Source of the DNA: Dicyema japonicum
Lineage: Eukaryota > Animalia > Dicyemida
Length of the DNA: 64,000 nt
Assembly: GCA_011109175.1 (NCBI GenBank)
Contig: RDEW01000046.1
Coordinates: 139,545-203,544 of the forward strand
Reading direction: 5' to 3'
A program made the translations under genes and the position numbers. The notes under the pieces are model-generated. The model saw only the letters and a list, made by a program, of their open reading frames with translations, had not been told where the DNA came from and did not search any database. Shown here in pieces: positions 51,101 through 63,104 of this stretch (positions are counted from its first letter, which is position 1; each line of letters begins with the position of its first letter).

Positions 51101-51554
51101 GAGTCTGGCCAAGTCCTTATCATAGAAGTTGGCATCACGTCTCAGGACCTTTTGCAGACTGTGGAGGTGGAGAAAAAAAGGAAGTATGACTTTCTTGCAA
51201 ACGAGATGGGGCAGATGCTTGGTTGCAAGGTCCTCGTTATTGCTATAGTAATGACGTGGGAAGGAATTGCAACAAAGTACCACAAGGGTTATCTGAAGCA
51301 GTTGGGGGTAGATAGGAAGCTCCAGGCCTATCTACAGTCCACTGTGTTAAAGCGGACCCTAGAGAGCCTGACACTGGAGTATAGGAGGCAGAGCCCTGAG
51401 ATGCCATATGGGCAGAGGGTTCAATTAGACAAGCGCTCTCGGAGTTGTTTCAGCAACCAGAATCGAACCTGCCTGAGGAGGCTGGCGAACAGGCAGGCGA
51501 GGAAGGTTGTTGATTAATAAATATATTAACTTTTTTATTGTTTATTAAATAAAG
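48108..51554 (+). mobile_element. R4/Dong-like RT-RLE retrotransposon, full length with perfect 13-bp TSD
   Basis: YRPITCMPTLYK, GILQGDSMSP, HLLFIDDLK, CPHC..DHLATRC, KPDI, EVGIT, KYD. TSD TTGAATTGTCTCA at 48095-48107 and 51555-51567. Confidence 0.93.
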
Positions 51555-51699
51555 TTGAATTGTCTCAGGTTCTATAATGCCATATTTTGCATGAATAATT
51601 AACTCCAGACATCCAATTGATTTGAATAAATCTGGTATATTTAACTAATAAATTAATTAGAGTAAGGAAAAATGTTATAAAAATGCAAAAAAATCGATG

Positions 51700-52540
51700 G
51701 AGTCCCACGTAAGGACGGTGACATTAATTATTTTCAAGGCAGCAAGTTGTGCGGCTTCTAATTTCTGAGACGACGCTTCAGAAATCATCGAGCTCCAGGA
51801 AGGACATGCATATTCGATTACTGGCAGTATGCATTGTCTGTAAATTTTCTTTAGTAAGAAGTTGTTGCGCCCGACAAAATTTTCAATATGTCGGTCCTTT
51901 TCCTGACTTTGGTAATAACGTCATTGACGTGCTCGCCGAATGTCAGGAGAGTATCCAACTTTAATCCTAGTATTGTTGGAGATTTATTCATAGGAGTTTC
52001 ATATCCAAATAATTTGATTTTGGGAGAGAATAATGATCTTCTGTATGTAGAGAAAATTGTTATAAATGACTTTCCTATAGAAACTTTCAGTCGATTTGAT
52101 ATGAGCCAGTGTTCCAACATACTAATTTAACTTTGAGTTTCATTCCTGCCTTCTCATAGTTAGAGTCTCTCGTCGCAAGAACAATATATCTGCGTATGAG
52201 ATATCAATGTATCGGGATCATCATTGGTGTACAAGTTGAAGAGCAGGGGAGAGAGAGGTGAACCCTGAGGGACACCAATCGCCAATAAACGGGATTTAGA
52301 TTTACTGTTGTCTGACATCACTTGTCCTTTTATTCCATTTAGAAAGTTCGACAGCCATCTTTCAATATTTGGATTCATAAGAGTGTCAGAAATTTTCTCT
52401 ATAAGTAGCGTCCGGGACACGTAGTCGAATGCTTTCCTTAAGTCTATTGAAGCCATTATTGTCCTTTTATGCGGTTTTGGGTAGGAGAATCCATCAGATA
52501 TATATTAAATTAATTTTGTTAAGTGAGTCATAGTATGTCA
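51700..52540 (-). mobile_element. Degenerate Jockey-like RT (related to family A)
   Basis: KPHKRTIMASIDLRKAFD, GVPQGSPLSPLLFNLY, PTILGLKLD. Confidence 0.8.
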
Positions 52541-52599
52541 CAGTGCTAAGATAACAGATAACATAATTTATTAGCAAACCTCAACTAACTAAACAAGGT

Positions 52600-53760
52600 A
52601 AGAGCCATTAACTAAAGAGGAAAGCCAAGATTTGGGGTCGTCTATATCGGGGCACTTTCATGAGACACCGTATGTCTCTTCTCCGTAAAAAGCCCCAATT
52701 ACAATGCGAGTTTCCACAAGCAATGTAATAAATCACCGATTCTTCTCGTTTTTCTTTCGTATTCGTCATCAATTTCAGATGCTAAATCCAACCCATGTAC
52801 GAGTTTAATTGCATAATTTCGACTACTTCATCCATTTTACAAGGCATTTTCCGTCTTGATTGGTTGTTACACAACCATAGTCAGTATGTTTAGCGTTCAT
52901 GTCCCCAACAAGGATTGGATATTCACTGTTTTCCATAAATTTGTCAACAATCCATGGATACTCTCGTAGTTTTTTAGAATAGATTCCTCCGATAGTTATC
53001 CATCCAATGGTTGTTTGTAGTTGAATGCTTGCTAGTTCACAAAGATTTTCTTAAATTGATCGTGGGTAGTCTTGTATTTAAAGAAGTTTTGTAGTAAATT
53101 GAAGTTCCTGTTCCGCACAAGAACCAGTCTTCCAAAAAAATATCTAATGAGTCGTATCCATCAATTTTAAATGATCTTTTCTTCAATTTAGTTTCGTTTA
53201 TAATTAGAACTTCCATCTGGATCGTGCTGGCTATAGCAACGAGCACTGAAGCCCGTTTCCGAAGAGAACGGGCATTAATCAGGGTTATCCTGACTACTTC
53301 TGGTTTTTTCGGTGGCTGCCCTCTTTTCTTAAGAGAGGCACTCTCTTCTCTGTGTTGAAGCTTCTACTGTTTTTTTAGAAGGTTTCTTATTATATGTCCT
53401 ATTCCAGCCAGTTTTAATTTCTTATTCGTTCCAATTTTGGAAACTTCACTTTCTCCATTATGGGCAATTTCTTGTTTTAGAGATAATTTTCCATTCGATT
53501 CTTTCCTTTCTTGGTCAATTTTGTTTTTCTTCGCTATGCTAGCTTCAACAGCCTTGGAACATCTTCCATAATTGGCAAGGTGGCTGGATGAACCGCAATT
53601 CAAACGACTTATTATTGTTTGTAACCGGACACTGCGATCTTCTATGTGGACCAGAGCATCTTTCAACATATCTACATTAGGCCTGCAGATGTTTCTGAAC
53701 CTTGTAGTATATTCCTTCGTCTTGTAGCACCAGTGGCACCACTTATTCACAGTGGCACCA
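52600..53760 (-). mobile_element. Non-LTR ORF1 end plus APE endonuclease fragment
   Basis: INARSL, INETKL, GTSIY, LVGDMNAKH. Upstream ORF1-like segment 53364-53750. Confidence 0.75.
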
Positions 53761-53819
53761 AATTATCCCAGTGCTAACTAATTAATTAGACAAGACAAAT
53801 TTTATTTTCTAACAAACCC

Positions 53820-55470
53820 CAAAACTAATTACTGTTAAGAAACCAAAACCTGAACCAAAACTAATTAAGTGGGTTTGTATTCATCGTGTAGGGTCATTTT
53901 ATGGGACACCACATGTTTCTACTTCGTTTGGACCCCAAAAATTACATCACATTTTCCATAAGTGATGTAATAATTTTTCTATCCTCTTCGATATTGGATA
54001 TTAAGTCCAGTCCATATGCCAATTTAATCGCAAATCTTCTGGACTTTTCCAATTTTTTGACAAAGACATCACTTTCTTTTGTTCTAAACTATTCTTGATA
54101 ACCATATATCAAGAATGGTTCAACACACGCCGAATACACAAAAAGAAAAGTTTCAAGCTCCAAATGAAATCGAATTAAAGATTTCAACATTCCTGTAGCT
54201 TTCTTTCTTCGAGTTTTAATATGTTCCTTGAAAGATCCTTTTCGATCTATCAACAATCCTAGATACTTCAATGTTTCAGAGATTTTTATATCCCCAGTAT
54301 TCACACATTGATTAATATTTTTTCTTTTACTTGCAATCCAAGTGACTGTTGTTTTTTCCCTCGATAGAGTCAACCCATTGTTTTGGCACCACTTTCAATC
54401 TTAGTAAAATGGGATTCCACCCTTTTCCATGAAATTTGTTTATTCATGCTTGAATCAAGCACAAGAATGTCATCAGCATAAATAATCATTTGACTATTTA
54501 CGCTCTCTGTTTTTGGCAAATCTCTCATTACGCAATTGAAGAGTAGCGGACTGAGAATTGAACCCTGTGGAACTCCTCTTCGCAATTCAATTTTCTTTGA
54601 AATTAAATTTCCAACACGTATATATGACTTTCTTTTTGAAAGAAAGTTTTCTATCCATAATAACGCAGTTTTCCCAATTTCTGCTTTTGACAACGTATCA
54701 ACAAGTCCAAAGTGCCAAACACTGTCAAACGCTTTTGTTATATCCAAACATGCTATTGTAAGAAATTCCTTTTTATTTCGTGAAATTTCGATTGCAGATC
54801 TTAGCTCTTTAAAGCAATCTCCAGTCCCTTTTTTATGCCGAAATCCCAGTTGATTATCAGAGAGAAAATTATTATCCTCAACATGCCTTGATAGACGATT
54901 GAAAACATTTTTTTCCATAACTTTCGATATTGAGCAGACTAGGCTAATTGGCCTATAATTATCTGCTTTTGACCTTGTCTTTCCTTTTTTCACAACCATG
55001 CGTACAATTGTTCGTTTCCAATAAGCTGGAACATGACCAAAACTCCAAGAAGAATTATATCATCTTAGATAGTGATCTTGTGATTGTCTGATTGAAGCGT
55101 TCGATGATCCTTTGACTCCTTGGATTGTTAGGAATATTATGAATTTGTTAGACGTTTAAGCAGTCACATAATGCTCTTACATGGAATATCTCATTCTGAC
55201 ACCACTTTCCGAATAATTTCTCTTTTCACGAAAAAATATCTTTCATTGAATTTGTTCCAATGTATAATAGGTCAATTGATGAATTTGCGAGGCCACTAAT
55301 TATTAGAGAAAATGACAATTTTTTGGTTTCCATTTGTGTCTTTAAGGTATAACCTCCCATTGATAGATAAAAAATTGTTTGACTTTTGAGTAAATCGGTA
55401 TTTTTTGTCTTGTCATTAGATCGACGATCCCCTTCTCTTCCATTATATCAATTTATTCTTAGGTTGTTTT
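53820..55470 (-). mobile_element. Jockey/I-like RT element, 5'-truncated
   Basis: NYRPISL, NQLGFR, LDITKAFDSVWH, GVPQGSILSPLLF, IYADD, LKYLG. TAATTAGTT at the stop (~53860). Confidence 0.88.
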
Positions 55471-55830
55471 AACGAAAGATGGAGCCATCAAATTTAGTTT
55501 ATAAAACACGCCTGTATTATGCTATTTAAAATTTAAAAACTGTTTCGCCTTCCAAAAATATTTAAATTAGAATTTTTTAATTTTAAATATAATAAATGAG
55601 AAAAACATGTATAAAGTTTAATAAAAAATGCTTGAAATTGTAAATTTGAGCATTATGTAACGCGTAGCGCCTGTGACATAGTAGAATGATTTTCACGGAA
55701 TCCATGCTGGAATACTCGATTTGGTATAATATCTTTTGATTCGTGTTAAAATTAATTTTTCCATAATTCGGGATAACTCACATAATATTTGGCTTCCGAA
55801 TTGGCAAATTTATGGATTTTATGGATTTCT

Positions 55831-56370
55831 TCATATAGAAGGTATCATATTATTGTTCACAGATACAGTATAAACGTATGATAGGAATTCTGTTGCTTTT
55901 TCACCAAGGTGTTTCAGTTGAATCATCGAGATGTTGTCAGCATTACGGGAACGAGAGTTTTTGGCATCCATGATTGTGTTTCGAACTTCTTGCAGAGTAA
56001 AGATAATCAAGTCATATGATAAATACAATTTCTTCTTGTTGACTCTGTGTTCCTTGAGAAAATTTTTATGACTGATTGCGGCATTGTGTTTCATTAAAAT
56101 ATTTGGGTCGATGTTGCTACATCCCTGTCCGTGGAAGGCTTTCTCAGAGACTTCATTGCAACATCTCGACCAGGTTGATTTCAGGGCGTGAGTTGAATTC
56201 GACGTCTCCACACAAAATTAGAGCGTACCCGGAAAACCATCCTCCTTCATGGATAAGGAAAGTGCAGTTCTTTTTAACATCATGTGATGCATAACACCAC
56301 CATACAGGTGAACCACGGGGCATTTTTTTTATTATCAAACGTAACATAATCGGAATGTGGTCAATCAATG
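55831..56370 (-). mobile_element. LINE linker / RT-domain-0 fragment (family A-like)
   Basis: FTLQEVRNTI..NADNIS..LKHLG..SVNNNMIP parallels 24900-25080. Confidence 0.65.
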
Positions 56371-56699
56371 CTCTGTATGTCGGTTTTTTTAAATTCTTAA
56401 ATAAAATCTTTGCTTACCAAATTACAGAGTTTTTGGAAAATCCTTTTGAAATTTATACGTAATTTTTGCCTCTGAAGTCCTAATAGTTTTAATAATTTAG
56501 AAAATACAAACCTGTCATTAAATGAAGACTGCTAATACACAAAAAACAATTTATAACGTGTAATTTAAAAAGAATGAAAAAAATACTAACCAAATTAAAA
56601 TAACCAAAATAATTATTTTCTATTTCGGCTTAAAATATCTAACCGGATAACCTTGGATATGAAACTCCGGATCAGAACATTGAATAATGAAATAAATGG

Positions 56700-58372
56700 A
56701 AAAAAGCTCAAGGCCCAGAGGTTGAAGTGGAATCGTGGTGCTTACAATGGTAAATAGAAATCGCACTACGGGAGAGGTGTGGAAAGCTATTCGAAATGTG
56801 GCAAAAGGCGATGAAGTTTCAACAGAGGAGGATTATGTTCAAAATGATGTGAACAACTTAATAAAATTCTATACTAAAATTTCACACAAGGAGCACATGA
56901 AGGTTGATACACTACCATCACGCAGGAAACTAAAGAGAATATCAGAACCACTCTTCTTTTCGGAGAGAGAGGTGAGAGATACACAACATTCCGTAAAAAC
57001 GACATACTCCCACGGACCAGACAACATTCCGGTTATCTTATTAAAAAATCTTGGAGACGGAGGAGTCACTTTCCTAACGTCGATTTTCAACTATTCAATT
57101 AATCAGAATGTGATACCGTTGTCATGGAAACAGGCTCTAATACGGCCAGTTCTGAAACTAGTAAGACCAAGAGATGACCCAACGTCTTTTAGACCGGTGT
57201 CACTGCTATGTTCATTGTCAAAAATTCTGGAGAGGCTTGTGCTCGGGAGAATAAAAGAATTTTTACCAGAAAAGACTTTTCAACATGGATTCAAAAATGA
57301 GAGATCCACGTCTACATACTTGCAAACATTGACCAAATTCATTCGAGTCTGAATCATAACCAAGCCGAGACACTTTAAAACAGTGCTTTGCTCGATCGAC
57401 ATACATAAAGCGTTTAATTCAGTCTCGAGGAAGATTCTATCGAGAAAAATATTTCGATTGGAGTTCTCATGAAAACTAAAGCGTTGGATCACCAAGTTCC
57501 TAATGGGACGTTATTGCTTGGCAAATCTGAAATTAATCTCACGTCTCCTCCTCAACTGAGTCCCTCAAGGATCTCCTTTAGAACCTACTCTGTTTAACCT
57601 CTTTCTGGCCGATTTTCCGAGTCTTGACTCTGATAATGATGTTCTACTTTCCTATGCGAAGGATATTGTGTTGGCTTCGTGATATCAGGACATCCAGAAG
57701 GCCACAGAAAGAGTACAAATTAACCTGGACAGGCTTAATGCCTGGATAATGGAAAACCGGCTCGTGGTGAATGCAGAGAAGTCGTCTACGTCACTATTTA
57801 CCTCTGACAAAAGATTGGGAAGGAAGACAGTCACCTTGAAGTTAAACAAGGTCGGCATCCCTTTCCACAGATGTCAAAGGATCTTGGGTGTGACAATTGA
57901 TATGCATCTCTGTTTAACACCATACGTAGAAAACATTCTATTGAAATGCGAGAAGAAACTGAACGTATTGAAAAGTTTATCGGGAATATGGAAGAGTGGT
58001 ACTCACGCAGTCTTGATGAACGTATACAAACAATACATCGAGCCATGTTTCTCATATGCATGCGCCTCGTGGAGACCGTCCATATCTTGGACAAATATGA
58101 GGAAATTTGAGGAAATGCAAAAAAGGGCTTACAGAGTAACGGAGCGTTTGATTTGTGAAGATCATCGACCCGGACCTACGCCCCTGGAGACCCTTATGAG
58201 ACTAGACTCCAGATCACGGGAAGTTGGCCCTGAAAATTCAGGCAGCCAACCTGTACGTTCATGCGCGGGCACGAAGGAAAAACACCGGGCAAAAATGAGG
58301 TCTCTGTTAGAATGCATCGGGATCACGTCATAATTAGTTTTGTTTTACCGTGGTCTTGGGTTAAATAAATAA
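56700..58372 (+). mobile_element. Jockey-like LINE family B, 5'-truncated, (TAAA)n tail
   Basis: GPDNIP, SFRPVSLL, QHGF, VPQGSP, YAKDI, ILGVTID, KQYIEPCFSYACASW, IGITS-stop TTAGTT. Confidence 0.88.
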
Positions 58373-58599
58373 ATTAAAAAATGACAATTTCATCGTTAAA
58401 ATATGACAAATAGGATTTTTTGTCCTAACTAGAACAATTTCCGCCCTACTCATCAGCCAAGGGGCAAATTCCATTTGTGATGATAGTTCACATCCCTTCG
58501 GGGAGAGTTTATTATCAATGTTTTTGATTTTTTTCTCTCCTTTGTGAGGATGCACATAGCTGTTCTGTCTTGTATCTTCTGGTCTCTGTCACAGGCTCT

Positions 58600-59580
58600 A
58601 CTCTAAGCGGAAGACATTGTATTCCTTGAATCCCCATTCATTTGGTGTGTAATGGGAAAAGTTCTACGTAACAAACGACAACTACTGGAAGGAAAATTAG
58701 ATCATTTATCTTTACTTGACCTACATACCGCATTATTCCTCCTGAAGAGCAGTCTCACCATACATAGGCTCGTATATATCTTCGGGACTCACCTCTATTT
58801 TACCTAATGTGACCAACTCGCACGCATTGACGGGATCTTCAGCTCAACAGAGGAGCATATCTTCAATATTCAATTTGAGGAAACTTCATGGAAACAGGCT
58901 ATACTACCTGTTAGATTCAGCGGTCTGTGAATTCTCCGTTCTCAAGACATTTATCTTCTGCACATCACTAGTCAATGATGGTCAGTGATACTTTTTCAGG
59001 AAGATTCTATACTCCCGTCCCGAATTCTCTACTGATCAGGACATCAGCTACGAGAATGAATTTGGCCTGCACCCACTAGCTTTCAAGAAGATTGTGGGCA
59101 GATTTCCCAGATGCAAGGCATTAAACGCAATCGTTAGACAAGCTTCGAATGCATCCAAACAACCTATTGTGCTCGACCCAGTAGACTTATGCAAAAATGA
59201 CGAAAAACGATTGGATGGGATTACCATCTTCCTCTTTGAAACTCAGTAACCTCTTGTCTTGGATGTCATATGCATCAACAAACGACCTACATCAAAGTGC
59301 TTCAAGACCAATCGAAAAATCAGAGAGATCAAAACGAAAAAAAATAAGCTGTCCTACCCGATGATGTTATGTTCGTTCCACTCGCCGTAGAAAAGTCAGG
59401 TTCCATTGCGCATTCATGGGCCGATTAGAGAATCGGATTTTGATACGCGAAGGGAATCTCCAAGAGCTCTCCTGGCTATTTGAGCGAATTTCACTCACAA
59501 TCTTATGAAGGAATAGTCATGCATTCAAAGCGGTTTGTTTTTTTTGAATTGTTAATTTGTCTTTTTGATAAAAAAAAGTT
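58600..59580 (+). mobile_element. Highly degenerate CRE-clade 3' fragment
   Basis: WKQAILPVRF.G, GRFPR..ALN, DEKRLDG, VPLAVEKSG, A-run at ~59568-59577. Confidence 0.65.
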
Positions 59581-59839
59581 TAGATTCCTCGAAGATGTGT
59601 TCATGTTTTTCGGGATTCCTCACAACACGCCCACTATATTTATGATTATATTAAGCCCTCCTTAACTCTTTATTGGGTTTCATTCTTAATTGTAGTAAAC
59701 AGATCTTGTCATTAACTTTCAGTATTTGTACAAATTTCGGTATCCCTTAAAGAGTGCGTCTGTCTATCACATCAAAAGTTCTTAAGTGTGAAGCTATGTA
59801 AAGTTATTTTTTGAAGTCTTAAACGTTTTTAAACATTTA

Positions 59840-60460
59840 TTGAAGAAACCCCGAGATCAACATGAAAGAGGATGTCAAAGTCAACTAATTAAGTGATTCC
59901 AGCTTTGAGTAACTCCTGTTCTCTCGAATGGCCCGCCAGCGATCTCACTGTTTTCCGGAAGTGTCTCCTTGAATTTCTACAAAGTCTGGGTATCTTTTCT
60001 CAAAACTGATCGGGATTCCTCAGCATCGATAACTTCTTCCCAATTCGGTTTCCTGGTTGCTTTCAAAAACGCAGGAAACCTCGGCATTGTTTCTGAGCGA
60101 CTTGTCTGAAAGGAGAGAGTGAGTTGATGTGCTCAATCTTCGAAGAGGAAGGGGAACAAACATATTCGACTATCGGAGCAATTATCTTATGATAAAAACT
60201 TTTGATGTAGGTCACAGGAGGGGGCTCTTTTGTAAAACAGCCTTTTAAATCGTTCCACTTTTGAAACCCAACAGTCATGACTTTATCAGCATGACAAATA
60301 AACGCCATTAACGCGTCAAATTTGACACCAAGGATCTCCTGATATTTCATGAAAGGAATGTGAATATTTCCGAGGAATAACTCAGGTTCACTTTCATAAC
60401 TCCTATCTGTAGCAAAAAAAGTGAACTGGGATTTGAAAGCTGATACAAATGACATGTTGC
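59840..60460 (-). mobile_element. Jockey-like LINE 3' fragment
   Basis: QEILGVKFD, IIAPIVEYVC. Ends AGIT-stop TTAGTT..CGGGGTT..AATAAA. Confidence 0.75.
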
Positions 60461-60551
60461 GCGATAGTCAGTCATACCTTAAGAATGAGTGTGGAATAGA
60501 GACACGTCACCATCTCAACCAAAAAAACTGTTATAAGTAAATTTAAAATAT

Positions 60552-62200
60552 TTATAAATCACATGTATCATCCACGTACAAATAGTTAATAAGAAGTGTT
60601 GCAAAATGTATTTCCCTGAATGAGTATTGGATTGATAGAGATCTGTCTTTATTTCTGAGGATATTTGGTGCCATCACTATGGATAGAGTATTCACTGTCA
60701 TCTTTGTCTTCAATGACGATTCCTCTGTTATGAACAGCTAAGTTATAAAACATGATTACTCTCAAAAAGTTGACTAGAAATCTTAGGACGTCAAAATTTT
60801 CTTTTGGAAGTGATCTCACAATTTCTATCAACGAGTCCTTGTTTACATTGGCATCAGTGCAGTCATTATATTTGTCGAAAGGGATTATTGGCTCAGCCAA
60901 ATTCCTGCACCAAAGTTTTAAGGTTGAGGAGAGGATCTAATTAAGAGAGAATGAATAACTGTGGGATCAGTTGTTGTGGGCGTTTCGAAGAGTTCGCATT
61001 CTCGTTTAGTTTGCATGACTTCGTCAATATCCCCAGGAATACTACTCTAGTGAATGTTTCCTTACCGAAATATTCCTTCTATAGACTCAGAGTCATTCAT
61101 AATCATCAATGTTGTTAATGTTCTCAAAATCCAGGGAATCTTATAGTTAGGGAATCGAGTCTTCTGTAGTTTCATTGCAGATTGAATGGTTCCTCCGAAG
61201 ACTGACTCCTCATATATGAATTTCTACTGATAAGGCAGAATTAATACTCGAGTATGTTTGATAACTTGGCAGGTCAGTTTGGCGTATGTCATTGACTGTG
61301 TGAGGTCCAGTTTCTGAATTATCGTCTTAAGAATGTAGTCCAGAATGATTGTCAAATTTGAATCACTACAAATTGCATTTTTTCTTTCTTTAGTAAAACA
61401 CATTAAGTTTTCTAGTATATTTTGAGTTGTTGAGATATTCTTTAGTACGATAGCCAGCATTTCCCACGCTTCGGTCTCATAGTTTCTATATGAGATCAAC
61501 CACATACTTGTTTATGATGTTATTCAATTCCATGCAAATAATGATGAAAATGTTAGCACGTGCAGTGTAACTATGAACACTGAAATAAATTATTTCAGAG
61601 ATTAGTTCATCTCTTTTTCCATTTCCATAAATAATCAATTTTATATTTTTGTATAGTTTTTTAATCACGTTTTTGTTGTACTTTGGCATTCCTTTAAGGA
61701 GATCATTTGGGAATGTCTTAATAGGCTAATATGATATTACATTAGACTTCTGATAGAATGGAAACTTGCTTGTTCGTCGTCTATTCTTTTTCTAACATTA
61801 TAAGTAATTAGTACTCTCATTGGAAAGAGACATATTATGCTACGGATAGTGTTCATTTCTGTCAATATCTACGAAGAAATCTCTATAAGATAAAGATTGA
61901 ACGATAAATATACGGTAATAGTCTAAACCACTGATATCACGATTTGATTGCTCTCATAAATTACGCTATTTTTAGTATATATTAAGTTACACGCAAAAAT
62001 CTTAATGACGGGATTGTAATGACTATTAATGCACTCTAAGGGGATTAACAAAATCACATTAACACTACAGTCTATATGCGATTAAGTTATTTAGTTAATG
62101 CACGTCCATGTTGCCAGTAAACAGTGTTTATGGTTTCGCTTGTGCCATGTTTTCGACTATTCTTGCCGTTAGCCTTCTCCATCCCTTTCGTCGTCTTGCT
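60552..62200 (-). CDS. ARHGAP39: MyTH4-RhoGAP protein (ARHGAP39/Vilse ortholog); start position uncertain
   Basis: Spliced FGGTIQSAM..IPWI..EGIFR|IPGDIDEV..DPT|ILSSTLKLWCRNLAEPIIP..FLR|LF..TKMTVNTLSIVMAPN matches ARHGAP39 (EGIFRVPGDIDEV; TKMDVSNLAMVMAPN). MyTH4-like AWEMLAIVL and TYAK. Introns of 22-24 nt. Confidence 0.85.
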
Positions 62201-63104
62201 CGCCAACTGATTTCATGTGATTAAGTGAGTGTATTTTAATTATCAGCCTATAATTCTAGCAGTCAAAAATAATTAATTATAGCTTATTTATTTTATTTAA
62301 AGACTATCAAAATTAAATTCAAGAAGAAAAGTTAACGTGAGATGAACCGGGTGCCCGTTCTCCTCACCAGAGTCTCGAAGGGAGTAGGTTTACCAAAGAG
62401 GCCGAAAATTTCTTTTGAATCTATCAAAAATTTTTAATGATATTTAATAGTTCATATTCGTTAGGAGTTATCAACTTAAACTTTAACTAAATTACCATGT
62501 AAAAACCATAATTATAGATAATGATACACCACGTGTGATGATAATCTCCCACAATTTAAGAAACAAGTTCCACCTATTTGTAACGTTAAGTTTATATTTT
62601 TATTAATTAAAAAATAAGTTCTTCATAATAAATCGATTTTAGGGATAATGAAGAGAAAATAATTATATTGACTAATACGCTTATTTGTCCCTTACGCACG
62701 TCGCACGAATGCCCTTGACCAACCTAAAATGCAAGAGGATGATAGTAAAATGTTAGAAAAAATCTTTGCTAGAAGTGGAAGACATGTGAACATAAATGTA
62801 GTTTGATAATAAAATCTATTGACTAATACGCTTACTAATAGTGAAGATTTGAACAAAATGTTGGCTAAAAAAAAGGAAGACATGTGAGAATAAGTAGTTG
62901 AATAAATTACTTTGTTGATAAGATGGTTGATCATATAGAAAAAGATGAGTTTTTACCTAAAACGTAAGTTGGAGTGGATATCCTCAATTCATTTCTAAAA
63001 GGAAATAATATATAAACTGGTTAAGTTACATAAAATTCAATAATAAAAATAGTAAAAAATAGTAACACGTGTTACCAATGATTCAGTTTTAATTTTGTAA
63101 TAAA

